DNA of 32,000 nucleotides from Puniceicoccales bacterium (GTDB lineage Bacteria; Verrucomicrobiota; Verrucomicrobiia; Opitutales; LL51): NCBI GenBank assembly GCA_031283585.1, contig JAITBP010000007.1, positions 1 to 32,000 of the forward strand, read 5' to 3'. Shown piece by piece: positions 25,846 to 32,000 of this stretch (position 1 is its first letter; each line of letters starts with the position of its first letter). The notes under the pieces were generated by a model. It saw only the letters and a program-made list of their open reading frames with translations, ran no database searches and was not told where the DNA came from. The position numbers and the translations under genes were made by a program.

Positions 25846-26208
25846 TCACTTTTTGTTCACAAAACTTTCCAAATATTTCCAAAACGAACCGCTGCCTTCC
25901 ATTAACTGTTCCTCGGTAACAGGGAAACAAGATCTATAAAGAAAATCATTAAGTGTATGTTCGCCAAGTATATATCTACAATATATTAGCTCATCATCAA
26001 TAATTTCGAAATAAATCCTGAGATCATCGATTCTACATCTATAAATATCTACGCCCTCCCTTCTAAATTTTCCGATTGCTGCATTTTTACTCAACGCTGG
26101 ATTACCATCACACACTTCACCGATTTTGTCAATAAGTTTTAATTGAATTAATTTATCCAGTTTGCCGAACTCATTTAAGCTCTGATCGCTAAACGTAATT
26201 TGTTTCAT
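25846..26208 (-). CDS. RelE/ParE-superfamily toxin-like protein (solitary)
   Basis: 120 aa. The pattern ITFSDQSLNEFGKLDKLIQLKLIDKI…GKFRREGVDIYRCRIDDLRIYFEIIDDELIYCRYILGEH fits the RelE/ParE layout (helical N-terminus, then a YR.R..d.RiyF…i beta-sheet core). Confidence 0.5.
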   Translation of the reverse strand: MKQITFSDQSLNEFGKLDKLIQLKLIDKIGEVCDGNPALSKNAAIGKFRREGVDIYRCRIDDLRIYFEIIDDELIYCRYILGEHTLNDFLYRSCFPVTEEQLMEGSGSFWKYLESFVNKK

Positions 26209-26352
26209 AATAATGTGTTAGGTTCTTTTGTTTTGAAATTTTGAGCAATCAATTATCGTCATAGATATTATCAAGCACATCCAATATACAATGAAATTTT
26301 CACAGCCATGAATGAGCGAAACGTGACATAACATCGTAAACTAAAATGACCT

Positions 26353-29100
26353 ATGAGTTTATTCCTAGCAAATTCTTTTGATGAAATTTTTTGCAGATTT
26401 TGTGAAAAATTACAAACAATCAATGGGTTAAATCCGCTGCCAGCCGCCATCGTCACAGCAGAAATAAGCGATTTGGATTTTCTCAAAAAAAAATTAGTAG
26501 AAAATGATATTTTGATAGCAAATTGTAAGTTTTTCACGCTTAGGCTGTTAGCTGAAGAGCTAACCAAAGTTTCCGATGAAAAACAAAAAAAACAAAAAAA
26601 ACAAAAAATTGCGACCCGCGAAGATTTAGCAATGATTTGCCGCCATCTGGTCGAACCCATGCCAAACTGCGGCGAGAAATCCCTGCTCGAATCGGACATA
26701 TACGGATTTTTGCAAGCTATGGACGACATTATATTCAACGACTATGGATTTTATATCTTTAATAATCAAAGACTTATATCCGTTGCCCGGGCATTTCACC
26801 TGGCAATAAAAAATAACAATATAGCCAGGCCCATCGATCATCTGAATGACCAAATTGCTGATATCTGTAAAAACAACCGTAAGATGTTCCAGCAGATGAT
26901 GTTTTATGGCTTTCAATCCACCCATATCGATAAACTTGGCCTTATTAATGCCCTAAAAATTCTCGCCATTGACTCATCGTTTTTTTGCCTCGATGATGGA
27001 AATGATAATAGGGAATTTTTTTGGCTTGAGATGCTAGAAAAATCCTTCGGTGATGTTCAGTATATCCATACACATGAGGCAAATCGCAAACAATGTACAA
27101 AAATTACCCGGGCGGAAACACAGCTGGCCGAAGCCTTGGCTGTCCTGGATGAAGTGGAAAAAATCATATCATCCAACGAAATGGCTCACATCGGAATTGT
27201 GGCACCGCATCAAAATTGTCCTGTGGCAACTATCATCGGTAACTTCTTGGCTGATAAAAGGATTCCGCACTATAGCACCCTTCCGAATTTCGGGCAACTA
27301 GACAAAGAATCATCGATTTTACTTGGCTGGACAACATTTCAACAGGACCTGTCGGTAACATCATTGGTCGCATTTATGAGACAACTACTTGCAAATCATA
27401 AACTTGAATTCGATAGGTTTAATAAAGTCCTGGGCGAATTTTCAAAGGCCTTCGATCATACATTCTCCAAAAACTGCAAAACACTACTGGCGGTTATATC
27501 CCAGGACAACTCGTCCGAGTCCATAGATTTTTTTAAAAAATATCCACTGCTGGCAGACCGAGCGACTTTCCTAGATTTTTTCAAACGCACGGAAGAAGTT
27601 TTTCCAAAAGTTATTGCAGCTGAAGATGTTGCCATTGCTATGGCTTTCAAAGAACAAATCACCAGAGCCAACTTTTGCATAAGATTAAAAGCGTCCATCA
27701 TGAACAAAAAATGCCAATCAAATGCCAGGCTCAAAAATAATGCAAAAATCTGGATTATTACTAGTCAACAGGCCGAAAAATACGCATTTTCCCACGGATT
27801 CATCCTGTCGGCCAATAGACAATCCTGGCTGACGGACCATGAAAACGTTTTCCTTGGCAACGAAGCAAAAAACGGGATAAATCCACTGGACAGGAAGATA
27901 ACAACCGCTAAAACAATTACCGCCAGGAAAAAATATTTCCTCGATAATCTTCAAAGATTGGCCCCGAATATATTCATAACCGATCACAATAAAAATCTTC
28001 TAAGTGACTCGGCGCCAACACATATTTTCGAAAGCAACTCCGATGAACCTCAACTAAAAAATCCATCGGCAACATACTATTCCGAGTTAATCTACGGCGC
28101 CCAGCCAAAGCCATCGCCAGTCCAACTCGATCAGCTTAAACAGATTTACAACCTGCGAAGAAATGAAACCATCAAATTCGGTGAATATGATTACTCGTTG
28201 AATGGGAAGCAGTTAGGTAAATTCATAATTCCCTGTAAAGCCCTGGAGCGCGCAACCACACATCCGGTTGATGTTTGGAATGAAACTATACTGGGGGCAA
28301 AAAACACACAACACTTTGATCCAGATATAGATACGATTCGTCGCATGGTCGGCACACTGGTCCATAATCTGCTCGATTTTAGTTTCGCCAGAAATGTGCC
28401 ACAAAAGGTACCTGGCAACGAAATGTTCCATAAGATCCTTAAGGCAAGGTTTTTTGGAATATACAATAGAATCAAAGCTTCCGCCGGAGCCATATCACCG
28501 CTCTACGAAAATATATTGAAAGATAGCCTACACATTGCCCTAAAATTGGCAAATAATGTTTCTAAAATCGGTCAAAACAAATGGTTCCTAAGTGAATACG
28601 CCATATCTGGGCAAGTTACTGTATCGGAATCACTTACAATAAATACCCAGGGTAGAATAGACCTTATCATCATCAACTCGCCTAGTTTCCCTAGCTCTGC
28701 CAATCACTGCGAACCCATTATCATTGACTATAAAACAGGCAACAATGAACCACTGGCTCCGACCAAATTTGGAAAAATCGACAATTTCTCGGGTGAAATT
28801 AATCTAACCGGATTGCAGTTAATACTATACGCCCTCGCCCTAGAATCGTTGGGTTGCCAAAATCCAGCCCTCATCACCCTTGCAGAAAATTTCACCGAAG
28901 AAGATATTTTCACTAACATCCACTCACTCAATGAATTTTCAAACATAAATACTGACCCGGTCATCCGAGCCATTAAAAATGTCGCCATCCTAGGTATCTT
29001 CGGTCAACAAAGATACAACAAATTCCTGAATAACAAATACAAACAGATCGCGCCAATTCAGATACCAAACGATATCATAAATAGGAGAGCTGCCCTCTAG
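26353..29100 (+). CDS. AddB/RecB-family PD-(D/E)xK nuclease-domain protein (915 aa)
   Basis: The C-terminal nuclease motif is QGRIDLIII (from ~28649), then PIIIDYKTGN (~28715-28744), then GLQLILYALAL. This is the classic RecB-type D…(D/E)YK…QxxxY arrangement. The N-terminal ~700 aa have AddB-like size, but no Walker A (GxxGxGK[ST]) was seen. Confidence 0.65.
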   Translation: MSLFLANSFDEIFCRFCEKLQTINGLNPLPAAIVTAEISDLDFLKKKLVENDILIANCKFFTLRLLAEELTKVSDEKQKKQKKQKIATREDLAMICRHLVEPMPNCGEKSLLESDIYGFLQAMDDIIFNDYGFYIFNNQRLISVARAFHLAIKNNNIARPIDHLNDQIADICKNNRKMFQQMMFYGFQSTHIDKLGLINALKILAIDSSFFCLDDGNDNREFFWLEMLEKSFGDVQYIHTHEANRKQCTKITRAETQLAEALAVLDEVEKIISSNEMAHIGIVAPHQNCPVATIIGNFLADKRIPHYSTLPNFGQLDKESSILLGWTTFQQDLSVTSLVAFMRQLLANHKLEFDRFNKVLGEFSKAFDHTFSKNCKTLLAVISQDNSSESIDFFKKYPLLADRATFLDFFKRTEEVFPKVIAAEDVAIAMAFKEQITRANFCIRLKASIMNKKCQSNARLKNNAKIWIITSQQAEKYAFSHGFILSANRQSWLTDHENVFLGNEAKNGINPLDRKITTAKTITARKKYFLDNLQRLAPNIFITDHNKNLLSDSAPTHIFESNSDEPQLKNPSATYYSELIYGAQPKPSPVQLDQLKQIYNLRRNETIKFGEYDYSLNGKQLGKFIIPCKALERATTHPVDVWNETILGAKNTQHFDPDIDTIRRMVGTLVHNLLDFSFARNVPQKVPGNEMFHKILKARFFGIYNRIKASAGAISPLYENILKDSLHIALKLANNVSKIGQNKWFLSEYAISGQVTVSESLTINTQGRIDLIIINSPSFPSSANHCEPIIIDYKTGNNEPLAPTKFGKIDNFSGEINLTGLQLILYALALESLGCQNPALITLAENFTEEDIFTNIHSLNEFSNINTDPVIRAIKNVAILGIFGQQRYNKFLNNKYKQIAPIQIPNDIINRRAAL

Positions 29101-29158
29101 CAAAGACGACTCTCTTAAAAATTTCCTACTTCCTAATAGTAGAAACTAATTTAATATA

Positions 29159-29332
29159 TTAGACTTCATCAAACCCAACATCATCATCTTCTTCAGAGTA
29201 CTCAAATTCATCAGTATCACCAGGATTCGGCTCAACTACAGGCAATGGTAAATCACCAAAAGCATTATAGGCAAATCCCAGTCCTTGAATCGATAGAATC
29301 GCTAATATAACAACTAATTTACTATTTTTCAT
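29159..29332 (-). CDS. Small secreted acidic peptide (57 aa), hypothetical
   Basis: Not in the ORF track because it is under 60 aa. My translation is MKNSKLVVILAILSIQGLGFAYNAFGDLPLPVVEPNPGDTDEFEYSEEDDDVGFDEV. It shows a clear signal peptide followed by a Pro-rich, strongly acidic tail. It lies downstream of rpsA on the same strand. Confidence 0.4.
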   Translation of the reverse strand: MKNSKLVVILAILSIQGLGFAYNAFGDLPLPVVEPNPGDTDEFEYSEEDDDVGFDEV

Positions 29333-29442
29333 AATATATATCTAACCTTTAAAATTATACATGTAACTTATACTTTTTTAATGTATTTGCAATAAAAATA
29401 CAGTAGATGCAAAAAAGATTTCATCTGACAAACAAAATCAAT

Positions 29443-31125
29443 CTAACGCTCCTTTTCATCGCTGGATTCAAGTTCAAATCCACCGAAAACATCACCAAGA
29501 TTCGCAAAATTTTGTGAATTCTGAAGATTTTCATAGGCCCTTAGTTCGGTTTCCATGGCATCCTGATCATAGTTTGCAGCCTTTATAGACAATCCGATCC
29601 TACGCTCATTTTTATCAATTTTGATAACCCTTGCCGAAACCTCATCGCCAATCTGAAGTACATCTTTCACTTTTTCGATCCGGTCTTCGGAAACCTGGCT
29701 TATATGCACAAGACCATCGATGCTGTCATGTAACTCAATGAAAGCACCATAGGCTGTGATCTTGCTAACCTTGCCTTTGACCAAACTGCCTATTTTAAAT
29801 ACATCATCTATGTTTTCCCAGGGATCTTTTTCCAGCTGCTTGATCCCCAAAGCTATCTTCTGCTGATTTGTATCTATATCGATAACAATGGCATCAACCA
29901 CATCGCCTTTTTTAAACACATCGCTTGGATGGACAATTTTTTTTGTCCAACTTATATCTGACACATGGATCATTCCATCGATACCGCTTTCCAATTCTAC
30001 AAAAATTCCGTAATTGGTAATATTACGAATGGCGCCTCGCACATGTGCACCGATCGGATAGTTATGCTTAACCATCTCCCAGGGATTTTCTTCGAGCTGT
30101 CTGATGCCAAGAGCAATCTTACGGTTTTCTTTTTCTATTCCTACCACGACGGCCGAAATAATATCGCCAACTTTCATAACTTCGCTGGGCTTATTTATGC
30201 GTTTTGTCCAGGACATTTCTGTGATATGCACTAGACCTTCCACTCCCTGTTCCAATTCAACGAAGGCTCCATAGGGTACAAGATTAACAACCTTACCAGC
30301 CACTTTCGATCCTATTGGGTACTTATCCTCTATATTATCCCAAGGATTTGCTACGGTTTGCTTCATCCCTAGGGAAACCCTTTCGCGTTCTTTATCCACT
30401 TCGAGGACCATGACATCTATTTCTTCACCGACGGCCACGGCTTCGCTAGGGTGAGAAACCCTACCCCAGGATACATCGGTTATATGCAAAAGACCGTCCA
30501 GACCATCCAGATCAACGAACACACCATAGTCGGTGATATTTTTCACCACACCTCGGCGGATATCACCCACATTGATCTCTTCCAAAACCTTTTGGCGTTT
30601 TTCATGGCGGCCTTCTTCGAGCAATTCCCGGCGTGAGACAACCACATTTTTTCTTTTCTGGTTAATCTTAACGATTTTGAAGTCATAGGTTTGGCCGATA
30701 TATTGATCCAGGTTTCTCGGGATCTGGATATCGATTTGCGATCCTGGGAGGAAAGCATCGATGCCTATGTTAACTATCAGCCCGCCTTTGGTTTTTGATT
30801 TTATTTTACCGGAAACAATTGAGCCTTCTGTACAATTCTCCAGTATAACCGCCCAGTTTCTTTTTTGCTGAGCCTTATCGTAGGAAATGATCGGGACACC
30901 TAATTTATCCTCGAGTTTTTCCAGATAAACTTCTATTTGGGCACCGACTTCCACATCAATGATATCATTGAATTCCGACACCGGGATTTTCCCATCGGTT
31001 TTGGTACCGATATCGACGGAGACAAAATCTTCACCTATCGATGTGATTAATGCATTTACAACACTGCCTTCGGCTAATTCCTTGACAGGACTATCGGCCA
31101 GAAGGGATTCCATCACGTTGGACAT
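29443..31125 (-). CDS. rpsA: 30S ribosomal protein S1
   Basis: 560 aa with six tandem S1 (OB-fold) repeats of the form G.V…YG.FV.L…..GL.H.S. Confidence 0.93.
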   Translation of the reverse strand: MSNVMESLLADSPVKELAEGSVVNALITSIGEDFVSVDIGTKTDGKIPVSEFNDIIDVEVGAQIEVYLEKLEDKLGVPIISYDKAQQKRNWAVILENCTEGSIVSGKIKSKTKGGLIVNIGIDAFLPGSQIDIQIPRNLDQYIGQTYDFKIVKINQKRKNVVVSRRELLEEGRHEKRQKVLEEINVGDIRRGVVKNITDYGVFVDLDGLDGLLHITDVSWGRVSHPSEAVAVGEEIDVMVLEVDKERERVSLGMKQTVANPWDNIEDKYPIGSKVAGKVVNLVPYGAFVELEQGVEGLVHITEMSWTKRINKPSEVMKVGDIISAVVVGIEKENRKIALGIRQLEENPWEMVKHNYPIGAHVRGAIRNITNYGIFVELESGIDGMIHVSDISWTKKIVHPSDVFKKGDVVDAIVIDIDTNQQKIALGIKQLEKDPWENIDDVFKIGSLVKGKVSKITAYGAFIELHDSIDGLVHISQVSEDRIEKVKDVLQIGDEVSARVIKIDKNERRIGLSIKAANYDQDAMETELRAYENLQNSQNFANLGDVFGGFELESSDEKER

Positions 31126-31282
31126 AATAAAAAATCTCTACTATTAGAGTTGGTTAATTGTTAATAAAACACTGCGATCCTAGCATTTGCTATGACCACT
31201 TCGCTGATGTTAGATTAGATTTTATTTTCCCTAGGCAAGCGAAATCGTCTACTTTGGCAAAGCTAGGTCATTTATAACCACA

Positions 31283-31318
31283 GAAATAAAAGCCCCAGAC
31301 ACTCTATTTATTGGGGCT
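31283..31318 (-). terminator. Rho-independent terminator downstream of the 31328 gene
   Basis: On the minus strand this reads AGCCCCA (31318-31312), a 14-nt loop, then TGGGGCT (31297-31291), followed by TTTTATTTCT. It begins 10 nt after the stop codon. Confidence 0.6.
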
Positions 31319-31327
31319 GAGCATCTT

Positions 31328-32000
31328 TTAGTTTAAAGCGGCTTCAATATCATCAATGGTCCACTTAAGTTCTTGAATTCCATTCTCAACACGAGAACTG
31401 ACTGAATATAAAATAGTTTGGGAAATTTTTGCGTTTTTAATTTCTGTAAATTTATCATTAATGGTTTTCAAGACATTTTCTGCATGGGCTTTAATTTCTT
31501 TTAATTTTTCTTTATCTTCCTCTGAAGAGTTTCCTCTATAGGCTGAAATCGCTGTTGAAGCTGCCATACTTATATTTAGTGGGTTATCTTTGCTGTTCGC
31601 ATTAAGCAAGTTATCAAGATATGAATATGCGTTGTCGCCGTTAAGAATATCATTGTTGTTTTTTTCTATCTGCTTTTCTTCTGCTTCTTCTATTATCCTC
31701 AGCTCCTCTTCTTCCTTAGATGAAAGTTTATAATAATGTAATGCACTCTTCTCCTGTACAGACATTCCTTTTAGTATCTCATCATGTAATTTTTTCTCAC
31801 CACGGGAAAGATTATTTACATTGAACCTTGGATCAAACATCTTTTCCCTTAAAGATGCTTTAATATCATCTGTATTTATTCCAACCCCTTTTATATCTAT
31901 ACCATCTTTTATTACAGCTTCTTTTATTTCTACATTAGCCTTTATTTCTGGTTCAGCCTTTACACTAGCCGCATTTAGGATGGCATCAGCCTTTTCCTTG
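31328..32000 (-). CDS. Hypothetical Glu/Lys/Asn-rich protein, 5'-truncated by the window edge
   Basis: My translation shows the frame stays open upstream of the listed ATG (31840) all the way to base 32000 (…KEKADAILNAASVKAEPEIKANVEIKEAVIKDGIDIKGVGINTDDIKASLREKMFDPRF…). The gene therefore probably starts outside the window. No motif recognised. Confidence 0.55.
   Translation of the reverse strand, partial: KEKADAILNAASVKAEPEIKANVEIKEAVIKDGIDIKGVGINTDDIKASLREKMFDPRFNVNNLSRGEKKLHDEILKGMSVQEKSALHYYKLSSKEEEELRIIEEAEEKQIEKNNNDILNGDNAYSYLDNLLNANSKDNPLNISMAASTAISAYRGNSSEEDKEKLKEIKAHAENVLKTINDKFTEIKNAKISQTILYSVSSRVENGIQELKWTIDDIEAALN

Noticed and set aside
26271-26738. 155-aa minus-strand ORF overlapping the start of the AddB-like gene
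   Set aside because: It is antisense to the 915-aa ORF. It contains FCFFCFFCF, produced by the A8C repeat, and has no start context. A shadow ORF.

Overview
AT-rich bacterial chromosomal window, densely coded, with many stop/start overlaps. No rRNA, CRISPR array, transposase, integrase or phage genes were seen.

Most of the window is housekeeping:
- Translation: gltX, metG, rpsA, tadA, and three tRNAs (Ser-GGA, Pro-CGG, Leu-TAA).
- A long co-directional minus-strand cluster (25310 down to 16425): atpB-atpE-atpF-atpH, a rodA-like SEDS gene, RNase E/G, ddl, ftsQ-like, a hexapeptide-repeat transferase, a CesT-like type III secretion chaperone and a GNAT acetyltransferase.
- Others: a minimal two-component pair, an NhaC-type transporter, a DUF721 protein, a GT1 glycosyltransferase, and an AddB/RecB-type PD-(D/E)xK nuclease protein.

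The stand-out region is 9062-14245, between the glycosyltransferase and metG. It holds four tandem, same-strand, highly diverged paralogs.
- Each has an N-terminal signal peptide and an OTU-like cysteine-protease signature: a Cys box (Y/L)GD(G/N)CGYWAIA and a downstream HW His box.
- Three of the four end in extreme Lys/Arg-rich C-terminal tails resembling nuclear localisation signals.
- One paralog has Tyr in place of the putative catalytic His.

Other genes also hint at host interaction: the CesT-like chaperone, a kinase-like protein with a Pro-rich linker at the window start, a solitary RelE/ParE-like gene, and several orphan ORFs. Together these suggest a host-associated, possibly intracellular, Gram-negative bacterium with a lineage-specific expansion of putative eukaryote-targeting deubiquitinase-like effectors. 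That is inference from motifs read by eye. No database searches were run, and taxonomy cannot be fixed from this window.
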